A stretch of DNA of 64,000 nt. Source: Octopus vulgaris (Eukaryota). Location of the stretch: contig OX597820.1 in assembly GCA_951406725.2 (NCBI GenBank), positions 20,522,001 through 20,586,000 of the forward strand, in the 5' to 3' direction. Shown here piece after piece: positions 12,107 through 27,074 of this stretch. The position numbers and the translations under genes were made by a program. The notes under the pieces are model-generated. The model made no database searches. It was not told the DNA's origin and saw only the letters and a list, made by a program, of their open reading frames with translations. Position 1 is the stretch's first letter, and the number at the start of each line of letters is the position of its first letter.

Positions 12107-13894
12107 TAGATTGTTGGAACCATAGAGTAAGTTTTATACAGAGAAGAAGAAATGAAATTTATCTCTGTGTTTGGATTATTTATATTTCTCTCAGTTGACG
12201 CAGAAAATCACTGATTTTCTGAGCTCCTACTGTTTTGCCATCGAATAAATTTAATCACCAGGGAATATCTGCAGCACTATAAGCAGTAAAGTTACAAAGT
12301 GGATTTTTTTTATTGTCTTTCTTTTTGTTTGTTTTCCTGGAGATAATCAATTCTTCCTACTGCGTTACGATACATATGTTGGCCTGTGAGTAAATCGTTT
12401 TGAAGATAACATATTTTCCCGTAAGCTGTTTTATTTATGGAAAAAACTCAATAATCAAATAATTTTTGATTTTGGAATGCTGAATCTCGAAACAAATAAA
12501 GCTGTAAATAATAGAGTGTAAAATTTAGATAAAAAAAAAACTCTGAATACAGCCTTCGACTTTTACTAGTCAAAGGGTTTTTGCAACTCAAAATTTGCAT
12601 ACAATTATTAACGGTTTTTTTTTTATTTGTTGATGTTTCGATATCCATCATTCCAAAAAACAAACCATTTCATATATTCTCTGTACGTTTATAAAATTTC
12701 TTATGACGTCAGTGGTAGAAATAAAGTTTCTAAAATGGGGGAGAGAAAATCGAAGGATTGCTTTAACCCAAAGGTGGAAGGCCTGTCATATTTGGTGGAG
12801 AGTGAGTTCGTGTTCCACAGTCATCCAGAGACGTTTTCTATCCAAGTCGTTTTTAAACCCATTAAAACCAATACTTACTCATTTTACTTTCTTCGAGATC
12901 CACTATTACAAAAAATAATTATTTGCATGTTCTCTTGATGTTTGTAAAAATTCTTATGGCGTCATCAATGCTGATTATTTTTACGTAAGCGCAAGGCTGC
13001 CTATTTCAGAGAAACAAGAAACACACGTTTATATCGACCCCAGTGCATTACAGGTACTTAAATTATCGACCCTGTTTTGAGTAGAAAATATATCGATCAA
13101 AGGAATGGATCTCCGTCGTTCAAAGGTGAGGATTCAGTTGAGCAATAACTGAATTACCTTCTCCTGAATTAATGTGTACCTGGCTGAGCATTCCGTAGAC
13201 GTATGTACTCGAGGCTATAGAAAATGACATTTTCTCCTATATGTCACGCAACGGGTTCCAGCCGTCGTAGCTGCGAAGCAAACATGTTAAGCATTTAGCC
13301 ATACAGCACCCATACACTCACATACACACACATGCACACACATGCATCCATGTGCTCATATATTTTGTACACTACGTATACTTTTTATCTCAAGTCCCTC
13401 GCTTTTTTATTTCTTCCTCTCATTCATTTTATGTAAAACCCCACATAAGTTGTAAGCTGTCCTTGAATGCTCTCATCTGTAACTAATAATAAAATCGTTA
13501 TCGCACCGGAAACAATGCTCTGAAATACTCCTCTCTCTTTACGTTATGAGTTCAAATTCCATCAAGATCGACTTCGTCTTTCATCCTTTCTGCTTCAATA
13601 AAATTAATAACATTTGAGTTCTAGGGTCGACACGATTGACTTCCTCTCCTCTCAAAATTGTTTACCTTATGCCAAAATTAGAAAGAATTTTAATGATTCC
13701 CTCTTGGCTACAATCTAGTCAGTTAAAAATCAGTAGCAGCAAGTGTTGGTGCAGCTCCCTCGTCCGCCATTTGTCACATACCATATATTCAAAGGGTCAA
13801 GTAAGGGACTATTGAGAGAGTGTCGCCTGCTTGCGACAACATATGCGAAAGCATTGGTATATGATGACCGTATTTTTACTCTTATTACAAGCTA

Positions 13895-14095
13895 GAGGTA
13901 AGCCAGCTGGTAGAATCGTTAGCACGCTGGGAAAAATGCACAGCAGTATTTCTTCCGTCTTTTCGTCCTGAGTTCAAATTCCGCCGAGGTCGACTTTACC
14001 TTCCATCCTTTCGGGGTTAAAATAAGTTCAAGTAAGTCGGTCTAATCAACTTACTCCCTGCCTAGAAATTGCTGGCCTTGTTCTAAAACTTGAAA
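13895..14095 (+). mobile_element. Older SINE family B copy
   Basis: GCTGGTAGAATCGTTAGC...GAGTTCAAATTCCGCCGAGGTCGACTT. Confidence 0.75.
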
Positions 14096-14367
14096 CTATT
14101 ATAACAACCCATTTAAGCAAAGCTTCTATGTGGTCGGTAAAAATGCTAGGTATAGCAACCAAAAGCAGCGGTAGCTTACAGTCTTTAAAGAAGGAATCAT
14201 AGGATCATCTAGTGTGGGGTTTATGCCCTATTTTTAAAATTACACTCACACACACGCGCGCGCGCAAGCGTGCAGACACACTCACATGATAGACTTCGTT
14301 AGAATGTGTTTGACGATTGGTCTGCTCGATCGGTGTAAAACCTCTCAACAACAGCAACCACAACAGC

Positions 14368-14560
14368 GAGGTGCAATGGCCCAGTGGTTAGGGCAGCGGA
14401 CTTGCGGTCGTAAGAACGCGGTTTCGATTCCCAGACCGGGCATTGTGAGTGTTTATTGAGCAAAAAAACACCTAAGCTCCACGAGGCTCCGGCGGTGGGA
14501 GGGGTGTGAACCCCGCTGTACTCTTTCACCACAACTTTCTCTCACCCTTTCTTCCTACTT
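14368..14560 (+). mobile_element. SINE family C, 3'-truncated
   Basis: Similarity to 4922-5100. Confidence 0.8.
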
Positions 14561-15417
14561 CTGCCACAAAGCAGAGGAACCAGTCTATCGCGTGTGGTGG
14601 GTGGATCTTCAAGTTGCTACACATTCTTAGTAGCTTAGAGTAGGCTCGAATTAGAGATTATTCTTTGTGGCTAATGGTGTGAGTTCTGATTGAAAAAAGA
14701 AGAAGAAGAAGAACAGCCAACATTGAAAAATTCAATATATTAGGGGATCCCTTCATGAAAATCAATAACCTTTTCCTTGTTTTTCGAATAATGGCTGGGT
14801 CTTATTTATAGGAAGGTGGATATATTTAAATGAGAACAAACATGGTTGACTTCTGTTTTATCAAATGAAAGAAATTATTAGTAATAATTCCTTTGCCATC
14901 TAAAATAATCATCTTTGACCCCTTACTATGAAAATAATAATTTTCAAACAGAAAAAAACTGTATTATCCCAACACTGGATTATTCAGCAGGTTTTCTATT
15001 TGTGCTTTTATGACTCAGAGTTATCATATAATTGTACGCCGTATTGCAATGAAAAGATACGGATAAAGAAACGCTCTGTTATATACTGTAATATTACTTT
15101 GTCATCTCCAATCCCAAGTATCAAAAATATTTCCCACACATTCATTCCGTTACTTTTATACTTTTTTTAAAAATATTTTTGTTTTCTGTTTGGATTATTT
15201 TATTGTTTTCGTCATCCGTCTCGGACACCACTCCTTCTTCTTCTTCTTCTTCTTCTTCTTCTTCTTCTTCTTCTTCTTCTTCTTCTTCTTCTTCAATTAT
15301 ATTTATTCCCAATACCATTTTCCCCTCCTGTGACATTCTTCATCGGTTAAGGCTTATTTTGAAGCATTATTTATTCGGGAATCATGCTTTCTATATATAT
15401 ATATATATATATATATA

Positions 15418-15458
<41 letters not shown>

Positions 15459-15779
15459 ATTATTCTGTTTCACAACATCGTCATAATCCATTTCCTTCTT
15501 AAGTCGATTAAAGGAAAAAATAGCATGGATTCGATCTTAGCTCTTTAGAGAAACTGACCATCAGTCTATACGTCTTGAACCTCAAATCTATAGCAAAGGA
15601 AAGGAGGGCGGGAGGTGAAGAAAATTAGATTTGGTTAGGCTCACGTTTCTCTCTCGCGCGTTACTGGCATAAGCAAAATGTAATATGGTTTCTAACGGAA
15701 ATTGAGAATTGATTGCAGGTTCGTCTCCCAATAAGGTTACCTCGACTCTCTGGCACTTTTTTTCTTTTCTTTTCTTTCT

Positions 15780-16169
15780 ATTACTTCTTTCAGTCATTTG
15801 GTTGCGGCATGCTGGAGCACCGCCTTTAATCGAATCAAATCGACTCCAGGACTTAGTACTTATACTATCGGTCTCTTTTGCCGAACCGCTAAGTTATGGG
15901 GACGTAAACACACCAGCATCGGTTGTCAAGCGATGTTGGCGGGGGGGGGGGCAAACACAGATACACAACATACACACACACACATATATATATACATATA
16001 CATATATACGACGGGCTTCTTTCAGTTTCCGTCTACCATATCCACTCACAAGGCTTTGGTCGACCCGAGGCTATAGTAGAAGCCACTTACCCTAGGTGCC
16101 ACTCAGTGGGACTGAACCCGTAACCGTCTGGTTGGTAAGCAAGCTACTTACCACACAGCCACTCCTGCA
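15780..16169 (-). mobile_element. SINE family A, full length
   Basis: Head module, internal (TA)/(CA) microsatellite and tail module. Confidence 0.85.
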
Positions 16170-16655
16170 CTCGCGACACTTTTTCGATAATCACGTCTGT
16201 CTTCTACTGAAAACGTTCGAGCAGATTGGGTTAGTTTTGAACCAATCGAGAAGTTGGTAGTTCCTATCCTGTTTTGGTCCTATGCTGTTCCAGTGGTTAG
16301 GTGATAAAGACCTCAAACAGTCCGACTTCTAAGTAGGCATTGCAAAGTACTACCATTCACGACAACGCATTATCCGTTAAAGCATCATTAATTTTACGAG
16401 TGACTCGTCAGCTGGTAGTGCAGATCTCGGTTCACTTTGTGGGAAATGTTACATTTGAGAGACCAGGATTTTATTCAAGAAGGACTGCCTTGAAGCGTTT
16501 AGCCGAAAATATTGACCCTAGTAACATTTAAGCCTGGTACTTAATCAATCGGACATCTTTTACCGATAAGCTAAGTTACAGGGATGTAAACAAGCCAACA
16601 CAGGCTGTCGAGTGGGAGCAGTGGGGACAAAAACGGTCACAAAGATGCACACATA

Positions 16656-16840
16656 CGAGGGGGTTATGAAAAGCACCTCACTTTTGATTTTATTCAACTT
16701 ATTCCGCTCTCAGATTCACACACTTATTGCAGCGGTCCTTCAGTTTTTCTAAGCCTCGCAAAAGAACTCGGAAGTTTGGGTTTCTAGTCAAGCCTTTCGT
16801 GATACCCTGAAAACCATGAACTTTTCATCATCCAATGGTA
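16656..16840. mobile_element. Mariner-derived MITE
   Basis: Starts TACGAGGGGGTTATGAAAAG, ends CTTTTCATCATCC..GTA; reverse-complement homologue of 37424-37647. Confidence 0.65.
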
Positions 16841-17766
16841 TATATACATATATATATATATATAAATATATGCATATATATATCCATATATATATATTTC
16901 ATTTTTTCTTATGACCCAGAGAAAGAAGGGCAATGCCCATAACTATTTTGAGGACATCTGTGTATTGTGGGAGTAAAGCAGTTAGTCACTGCCAGTCAAG
17001 ATACTTGTCTTGAATGATTGCAACAGAATGGGTACTGCTAAAGGAATCCACCAATTAGGTAATACTGGTTGTGGTAGTGTTAAACAAGGCGACGGATTAA
17101 GTCTACCATCCTTTGGAAGACATCCTTATAAAAATTAAGCTACCTTTATATTTGGTTACTAATAGTATGGTTTGACAATCCAGCGAGGGAACCTGTGCAT
17201 GGAGAAAGCTCTGTTTGCTAGAAATAGCAGTCAGGTCTATTTCAAACTGTACCTGATGGTCATAAATATGAGAAGTATGTATTAGATATTATAGTCCAAG
17301 ATATACTGACGAAATGGTTAGAGGTGTAATATTTGTTAACAGTAACAAATAGTTAGACAGAGAGGTTACAGAAATGTTAGAGCAACGAACTAAATGCGTG
17401 ATAATATTTAGTTTCGATTCGTTATCTTTAGTGCCGACAAATAAATAAATGAAAGAACTCCAAGGAATATATTAAGATCGATTCAATATTCTCTGGCCGT
17501 TGCACCTCGTCTTCTGCGATTGTCGATGTGTTGCTAGGTCAAAAGAGATCAATTTATAAGAGCGAAGAAGTGGTGTAGAGGAAGAAGAAAGTGAAGGAAG
17601 AAGAAAGTGAAGGAAGAAGAAAGAAAGAATGAAAGAACGGAAGGAGAGAGAAAGAAAGAAATTAAGGAAAATGGGGAGGCGCAAAGCATTAAAAAGGAAG
17701 GAGGGAGGAAATGTAATAAAAGGATGAATGAGAAATGTATGAAAATGAAGAGAATGAAACAAAGCG

Positions 17767-17855
17767 AAGAAGAAGAAGAAGAAGAAGAAGAAGAAGAAGA
17801 AGAAGAAGAAGAAGAAGAAGAAGAAGAAGAAGAAGAAGAAGAAGAAAAAGAAGAA
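17767..17855. repeat. (GAA)n microsatellite in a purine-rich tract
   Basis: Direct reading. Confidence 0.95.
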
Positions 17856-18289
17856 TGAAAAAGAAGAATGAGGAAGAAGAGATTGGAGAAGGTTATTATG
17901 AACTGGACAGAGAGATTAATCAAAGAGAGATGAACAAATGTTTAACAAAAATTACGCAGTAACCAGAGACAGAAAACTAAACAAAATCTCCTGGAATCTT
18001 TCCCAGAATCTAACTGCCCGGCTTTCTTCATGCCTTACAATCTGACCTAAACGATTTTCTGAGATAAACACAAGCAGTTCTTCCATATATAACTTTGTAG
18101 TTCATGGCAAGTCAGTTATTGTCTGTTGGAATCGATCGTATTAAATAACAAAACAGTGTTGATCCAGTTGTGGTTGTGCTTGTGGTTTTGGTTATGATTG
18201 TGGTTTTGTAGTCTCGGATCAATCTTAAATGAACAGATATATGAGCAGGCGTAATTCGGCAGTGACGATACCTTTCCTTAGCATCCGTT

Positions 18290-19380
18290 ACATACAGGAC
18301 TAGGCATGCCGAGGCTAATGATGCACAGACATGCACTGAGCTATCGACATCTCCAGCGTTTCCTTAACGGCGAGCAGGCGCGGTCGCCATTTGTTGGACA
18401 TGCTTTTCCACGGCAGCTCGTCTCCGTTACAGAGCTGCAGTCCTGGATCAAGCTTAGATCAAGGCAGAGTGTGTGGTACATTGAATGTCGTCGGGCGCTC
18501 ACACACCTCTGCCATTCGAGCCATGCGGTCAGCGGATGTTCCACCATAAAGTTCTATAAAGGATTAATAGCGAGTAAGAGCGACGACGTCCTTGGGGAAA
18601 CTCTGGGCATCGATGAGGATCAACTGGTTGATCTTTTCCGGAAGACTTTTAGGCTGAATCTCATGGATAACTTCCAGAAATCCCTGGTCTGGATGCGCTA
18701 CCGTGGTGTTATTTCCGGTTCGGGATAAGCTCTACAGGTATGGTAGTACTCTCAGCCGTCTCTGCTCGAAGTGCGCGCAGAGTGACGAAACCATCCTGCA
18801 CATGTTCGTACAGTGCTTTAGCATTGTTGACTTGTGGAGTTATGTCAAATCGCTGCTATCACGTATAGGATGGACCAACTTCATCGTAATGATCATCATA
18901 CCGCATTCCTTTGGTCTTGAAGGGTAGGACAGCTTACCGTTATCTTGTGGCTATGGCAAAAGAGGTTGTGTGGTTGAGGAGACTGAAAGGACTGAAAACA
19001 GACACTTCCCTCTGCAGCTAACGCCTCATTGACTTTTTAAAATCCCATTTGAAAAGGAAGGTGATGGTTAAGAAGGTTGTGCAGCCTCCTAGTAAATTTG
19101 TTGAAAGCTGGGTGAATGTGACAAGGATGGCCTAAGTGAGCGGGCCCAGCCTAAGCTATCGTCTGTAGGCTGAAAAATTCGAAAGCGAGAGCGGTACTCT
19201 CCATGGTACTCTCGGTGAGTAGAGTGCCTTAAGATCTGTGAAGTTCTTTGGTTGACCCTGGATGACTCCCCCCCACTATTGGGGATATTTTAAGATACTT
19301 TTGCAAATTATTAATATAGTTTACAAATTTCTAAGTAAATTCTCACTCCTTTGCCTTTGTATTATCCTAAATGTTTTCGC
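18290..19380 (+). mobile_element. L1/Tx1-clade LINE ORF2 3' fragment (pseudogenised) with 3' UTR
   Basis: C-terminal CCHC region FPVRDKLYRYG...CSKCAQSDETILHMFVQC...LWSYV; frameshifts and stops. Confidence 0.75.
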
Positions 19381-19694
19381 ATTTTGGTAGTATTATGTGA
19401 GTTTCTATTATACTACAGAGCTCACCTCCGAGTTCCAGGAGTATCCTTATTTTTGAGAGGATTGGGGTAGAGTAAGCCCTTCCAGTTAGTATACTACTCC
19501 AGTATATTTTGTCATGGGGTTTAGATTCTTGTTAGATTAATGTTTTTCGGTTATACATGACAGGTACAATGTCGGTTGTGTTGTTTTATTGGGCCTTAAT
19601 ATTGCACAGTATAAATTGCACGAGTTCTGTTGTTTCAGATTATTACATGCTTATTGTATAATGTGTATATTGCATGTGAAGATATGGGCTATTC

Positions 19695-19751
<57 letters not shown>

Positions 19752-19803
19752 CATCATCATCATCATCATCATTATTATTATTGTTGTTGTTGTTGTTGTT
19801 GTT

Positions 19804-19839
<36 letters not shown>

Positions 19840-19929
19840 ATCATTATTATTATTATTGCTTTATTATTATTGTTGTTGTTATTTACTTTTAATCTGCATG
19901 TTTATAATAATCACTTGCCGAGACACACC

Positions 19930-20280
19930 TGGCGTCCTAAGGCGAGTGAAGGATGAGATGTTACAGTATGACTGAAGACTTGGGGAGGTGAAGTGGCAGC
20001 GGCAGTAGCGAAATATCTTCATGTAACACTAAACACATTTAAATTGATATGGTTTTTCAAAGGGTGTGCGCAGTACTTGTCAGCACCGTCTTTTGAATTT
20101 CTCGGAGACATGGTTCTCCTGAGATGTTATCTAGATGTTTCTGACATCCTTTGTTTTTATCATACCTTGGACACCTACAATAACAACAACAGTTCTTGCT
20201 TTAATATACCATATAGTTTGTATTTCGATTTCCAGGTCCTTATATTTACTTAATTTGTTAAATTCTTTTACAGATATAGA

Positions 20281-20283
<3 letters not shown>
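19930..20283 (-). mobile_element. Dong/R4 LINE 3' fragment between (TAA)n arrays
   Basis: Minus translation ISVKEFNKLSKYKDLEIEIQTIW...VIVGVQGMIK matches the RLE C-terminus of 31400-32272. Confidence 0.75.
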
Positions 20284-20337
<54 letters not shown>

Positions 20338-20352
20338 GATTATTATTATTAT

Positions 20353-20600
20353 TCAGTAGTTTTATTTTTATTTTTATAGCGTGCTTTCACTTCACTACCG
20401 AGCGCAGCTCTGTGTGCCTTGGGTATGTGCTGTGATTTGTTGTGATGCTCTGATGGTTATTGTATGGAAAGTGTTCTGCGTAGGATGTGTGCAGTGCCTA
20501 GTAGTGCAATTTTCTGTATGTTATATGTGTTTGTAAGTCCTGGTGTTTTTGTTATGTATTTGTCTGAATATTTTTTTATCATGCCTAATGCACCTACTAT
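20353..20600 (-). mobile_element. Dong/R4 LINE extreme 3' end between (TAA)n arrays
   Basis: IVGALGMIKKYSDKYITKTPGLTNTYNIQKIALLGTAHILRRTLSIQ* plus a short UTR. Confidence 0.8.
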
Positions 20601-20601
20601 G

Positions 20602-20675
<74 letters not shown>

Positions 20676-21300
20676 TCGGATATACTGTATTGTTTAATAC
20701 AGCCTTCTGCTTGGAAAGAGATTGAGAGGGATATGGAGTTTATTTCTGTCTTTTTACGCAACCACACCAATGTTCCCTCGTTGGCTAGCAAATCTTGGCT
20801 TTAGGTAGATGAATAATACCACCCCCAACGTATAATTCGACAGCTATTGTTGATCTCAGATAAAGGAAAAGTACTGGAAGGCAGTTAACGAAAACAGATC
20901 AGTTGTATTCAGTAATTTGTTTTTCATGAAATGTTGTTAAAGGAGTGTTCTGCGATAGATACACTTAATTATTATTAAATCATTTTCCCTCGAATATCCG
21001 GTAAACTTCACGCAGCATACAACAGTGCACCATACTGTGTAACGCAACACATATGCGTATAATTGTTGATGAGATTGATTATTAATAAGATATCGTACTT
21101 TCGTCTAAAGAGGAGTCTCTATGGATTACAAATGCCTTCATACAGAGACATATAATGGGAGTTGTTATCGTAAAATTACAATTTAGAAATGTCGGTTATG
21201 TAATTAACCGGCTGTTCTAGCGATAGCAGCCCCTCACGACAACGGCTGTAATAGCAATAATAGAACGAGCAAAACAACGGCATCGATGATGATATTGATA

Positions 21301-21332
<32 letters not shown>

Positions 21333-21339
21333 ACGTAGG

Positions 21340-21609
21340 ATGTGGCCAATGAACAGATGATACCAATAGTATCATAGGATACCAATAGTAATTGGTGCAC
21401 TTGGAAGTATCAGCGCTCAACTTCCAGCTTGGCTCAAAAAGTATTGGTTACAAAAGTAAAGGATAGAACCACCTACAAAAATCCTTCATTGCTTCAAACT
21501 TCAAGAGTTCTCTGCAGGGTTCTTGACTAACACAGACTTATTGTCGAAATATCGTTCAACCAATAAAATACCTATTACAATCGAATCACGCTCTTCGTCT
21601 TGACTATTA

Positions 21610-21670
<61 letters not shown>
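21340..21670 (+). mobile_element. Decayed Dong/R4 3' end with (AAT)n tail
   Basis: IPIVIGALGSIS motif followed by UTR and (AAT)n. Confidence 0.55.
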
Positions 21671-21671
<1 letters not shown>

Positions 21672-21703
21672 TAATAATAACAACAACAGCAACTACAACA
21701 ACG

Positions 21704-21750
<47 letters not shown>

Positions 21751-21915
21751 AATAATAATAATAATAATAACAATAATCAAAATGATAATGAGGAGGAGGG
21801 GGAAGAGAAGAAGAAGAAGAAGAAGAAGAAGAAGAAGAAGAAGAAGAAGAAGAAGAAGAAGAAGAAGAAGAAGAAGATGAAGAAGAAGAAGGAAAAGAAG
21901 AAAAAGAAGAAGGAC
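21607..21915. repeat. Compound (AAT)/(AAC)/(AAG) microsatellite
   Basis: Direct reading. Confidence 0.95.
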
Positions 21916-22915
21916 TCCTAATATATACAACAGACCCAACACACTTTTAATCACAGTTTTAATCAACTCTGGTTATTAACTGTTTGTACCAAGAATGAAA
22001 AATTTTGTTTCTATAAACTAAAGTATGTTTCCTGTTTCGGAATTATACCACAAATACACATCCGATCTGACACCAAATAATTAAGCTGAAATAATGACAT
22101 CATAGAAGTTATTATGATTAATTTAGAAACACGTAATAGCAGTTATGTTAAGTTTTCGTTTAGTTCTTAATTGAATAGTCTATCATTGTAATGTCGGACA
22201 TTTTCGTAGAATTTCTGTGCTTTATTTACTGATACACGTTCCGTTGTAGCTCAGTCAACTAGCGGATGAATGTCAGTGACTAGCTTGAAGAAGCGAGACG
22301 AAAGCTATTCCCAATATCCATTTTGTGGGAACAGAAATGGAAGCTGTCGAAAATGATGAAGCGAAGTCAGTGTGGGATTACAAACCAGAGGGAAAATAGA
22401 ACACATGCCAGTTGCAGATGAGGAGAAATTATGTTCTGTAATTGACGTGACATGCTATTTGATAGAGTACAAAGAAAGGTTAAAGAGTAGAACACTACAT
22501 GAACTTGAAGTATGAAATCCTCAAGTGCTCGAACAGAGAAGTTAACAAGATCATGATACTGTCGATTATTATTGTTATCATAGGAACACTTAACTGCTCA
22601 GCCTTTTTCTTCTTAAGTTTTCATTCCTTTTAACTACTACTATCAGCACTGTTTTGCTGTTGTCTATTTGTCTCAAGTCTTTTGAATGACTTTCTATCTA
22701 ACATAAACTATATTTGAGGCTTTGTGTCACTCATCGGATCCTTATTTTTTCTGCCCTTTCTTTGAGACCGAAAAAACTTAGGGATTCTTCTTTTGTCTCA
22801 AAGTGTGTTTAGCGCCGGAGACTTTAATCTTACTCTATTTTATTTGTCCAAGAATTCAGCCTAGCAATCAAGCATTTCCTTACCGTCAATAGCATACTGA
22901 CTATGAGAAAGTTCC

Positions 22916-23338
22916 AGAGTGGCTGTGTGGTAAGTAGCTTGCTTACGAACCACATGGTTCCGGGTTAAGTCCCACTGCGGGGAACCTTGGGCAAGTGTCT
23001 TCTACTATAGCCTTGGGCCAACCAAAGCCTTGTAAGTGAATTTGGTAGACGGAAACTGAAAGAATCCCGTTGTATATATGTACATATATATGTATATGTA
23101 TGTGTGTGCGTGTGTGTGTGTGTATGTTTGTGTGTCTGTGTTTGTCCCCCCAACATCGCTTGACAACCGATGCTGGTGTGTTTATGTCCCCGTCACTTAG
23201 CGGTTCGGTGAAAGAGACAGATAGAATAAGCACTAAGCTTCCAAAGAATACGTCCTGGGGTCGATTTGCTCGATTAAAGGCGGTGCTCCAGTATGACCAC
23301 AGTCAAATGACTAACAAATAAAAGAGTAAAAGAGTAAA
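22916..23338 (+). mobile_element. SINE family A, full length
   Basis: Head, microsatellite and tail ending in AAAAGAGT repeats. Confidence 0.85.
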
Positions 23339-23707
23339 ATGGAGGAACAAGGAAGCGATCTGCACCGGCTGATGCTCTTATGGGTGAGACACTTTTGGGT
23401 CAGCGATACAAATCCGTATAGGCTTAATGGCGTGCGTGGAGTGGCAAACTCAAGGGCTAACATAGGCGGCACACATTCTAACTTTGTCACTGATTATAGT
23501 CTTCCATCACATTTATCATCAACCACTATTCGGGACAGGGAGATATCGTGTTCTCTTACAGATCTCCTTACCCTCCATTGCAGTGCACGAACAAATTCAC
23601 CAGATATATATGAAAGGTTTGGATCGCTTTTTAGGATTTTCCTTAATGGCGTACATTTCATTTATTATTTCATGATACGATAGATGCAGCACACAGATCA
23701 TGGTATA

Positions 23708-24258
23708 TTGGGTTGTCCGGAAAGTTCGTGCCGAAAAAGGTCAATAAATACTTGCCATTACATTTTTAATCAACCAAATATGAACCATTTTGTTGCACAA
23801 TGCGTCTCCATCTTTCCTTTAACTTGAAAATACCCTCTTCCCAGAATTGAGGTGGTTTCATGGCAAAGAATTCATCAAGGTATCTTTTTACGTCATCCAA
23901 GGAATTGAAATTTTTACCATTAAGACTATTCTACAGAGACCTGGATAAGTGGAAATCCGAAGGAGCAATATCTGGTGAATATGTAGGGCGGGGTAACAGA
24001 TCCCAGCCGAGCTACACCAATTTTTGTCTAATTCCCAAAGCATCACGTGCCAAAAATGAACTTTCTTATCTTCCATTTTAAGGGGTTACAAAATTAACAC
24101 AGATTATAGGAACATAAACCTTCTTCCACGAAAAGATAGCTTAAACTGTGCTCCAAATGGATGTGTAGTCAAATCCTATTTTATGGACTCAACTATGTTC
24201 TAAAATAAGTCAAACGGTAAGCTACTATAAATCGGTACGAACTTTCCGGGCAACCCAG
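23708..24258 (-). mobile_element. Second copy of the internally deleted mariner
   Basis: Same TIRs, TA flanks and deletion junction as 1994-2560. Confidence 0.9.
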
Positions 24259-24989
24259 TATTAGATGTATCATGAAAGTATAGATGTAGTACATACATTT
24301 CAGTATCTTGAATAGGCAGATGTAATACATAAATCTCCATATCATGATATGGTAGATATAGTGCATATGACTCTGTATTAGGAACAGTTGATGTTATATA
24401 AGTCCCCACATCATGTTGCAGCAGATGTTGAGCAAGAATATCATATGACACCTGACATTTTCATGTGTGATATCGCCTTAAAGCAAGAAGGATTGAAATA
24501 CAGATGTTGTTGTTGATAACCGACATCTTTGTTATACTATTGTTGTTCCTAGTTTGTTATCACAGGCGATATTGTTACCGTTTTTACTGCTCAAATTCTT
24601 TGTGTACATCGGTGTTTATATTATTTTGTTTTACCGAACATTTCAACAGGTTAATACTCATGTTTGCTGTGATGTTTCTTCTTTCAGCTGCCTTTGGTAA
24701 AGAACAACGACTGCATTAATTTCGAGATTATCAATCTTCTTCTTCTTCTTCCCCTTCTCCAGTTTATATCCTGAGCAACCTCATTAAACGAAAAGTAAAG
24801 TTCAAATATTTTTTCCCCAAGGGGACCAAATATGAAGCGGAAGGTGCTGCAAAAATGTTACAAATCCACAGAACAAATGAAATGCAACGGAATAAAATGC
24901 TTTCAGAAAATTTCAGAAAACTTTTGAACATCACGCTTAATTCAGTCGCTAATTGTTAAGAGTGATTCCTAGCATACATAATAAGAGTC

Positions 24990-25781
<792 letters not shown>

Positions 25782-26349
25782 TACATCCATACACACAGAG
25801 AAACGCACAGACATATATAGTGTAAAGTTAAAAATGTAAAGATGGAGGTCAAATTAAGCGGCAAAGCCCATGGAAAACAGTCAGTCATGGCTGTGCGAAT
25901 TTTTAGATTCAATAAGACTGTCATGACATCTTATGTACCTTCTCGACTCTAATGCCATAATCAAGAGACAAGATATCCAGTGCCAATATGAGTCGTGGCA
26001 GGCTCAGGAATGAGGCAGTGCCATGAATCTCAAGTGCAAGCAAAATTTTCCCCCACATGTCCAGTGCCCTTCTCTGCATATCCGATTTTATATCAGAGTG
26101 ACCTTATTCAAGAGACACGCTTTAACAAAAGCTGAGGAGTGCATCAATGTCTTTCAACACACCGGACGTCAACACAGAATTTCTGAGTGCCCGTGATACT
26201 GTTAGATAGACGTTGAATTGACCGTGGGTTCATTCATCCTTGCTCCTTGGATGATGAAATATCTCTAAGTCTCCTGAAGGTAACTGATTTCTGCAGGTCT
26301 CTTGCGTGTTGCGTCTGACCCCAACATGGCATCTCAATGCGAGCAAAAG

Positions 26350-26550
26350 TGTACCATGTGTGTAGATGTGTGTTGACATCGCACCTTAACTCATGTGAGA
26401 CATGGACCTTTTACAAGCATCATGTAAGGGCTCTAGAACGCTTCCGTCAGAGATGTAAGAGCCACATTCTGAATATTGGTTGATCCTTGAGGATTCCACA
26501 AATAGTGACCTTGAGGAGAGCCGACGTCCTGAGCATTGAAGCTCCTATGA
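26350..26550 (+). mobile_element. RTE-clade LINE RT C-terminal fragment
   Basis: SCETWTFYKHHVRALERFRQRCKSHILNI resembles the RTE motif YGCETWT...LERFHQRCLRRILNI. Confidence 0.65.
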
Positions 26551-27074
26551 TATGAGAATCCAACCTGTGTATACTTAACTTCCTGGATGTAAAATGAATT
26601 CAAGATAATAGACTCCTTACCCAGACAGAAATGCTAGTCATCTATCTTAGGTCTATACTTGACTAGGTCTAAATCTTACGTTAAAATGTATCCCTTCAAA
26701 TTGTTACTGATCAGATATCGACTAAATATTTTAGAATCATAACCTCTACTATAATGGCTTCAAAACTTGGCACAAGGCTAGCAACTTTAGGGGAAGAAGA
26801 TCAGTTAAGATTAGTTAATTACATTGAATCCAGTGCTCAACTGAGGCTTATTTTATCGACTCGGAAAGGATAAAAGACAAAGTTGATCTCGGTGATGTTT
26901 GAAATGATAATGTATCAAGCCAGAAGAAATGCCGCTAAGTATTTCGTTCGGCGTGCTCACGATTTTGCCACCTTGCTACCTTAAATGACTACTACCATAA
27001 GAACTTTCAAGAGTGTAGTGGTTTTAGCGATAACATATACAACTTCCTCTCAAGTAGAAGCTTTCCCCTACAAA

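Noticed and set aside
12350-12940. Possible ancient CR1/L2 fragment
   Set aside because: Only vague motif resemblance (FKNDLD); not supportable without a search.
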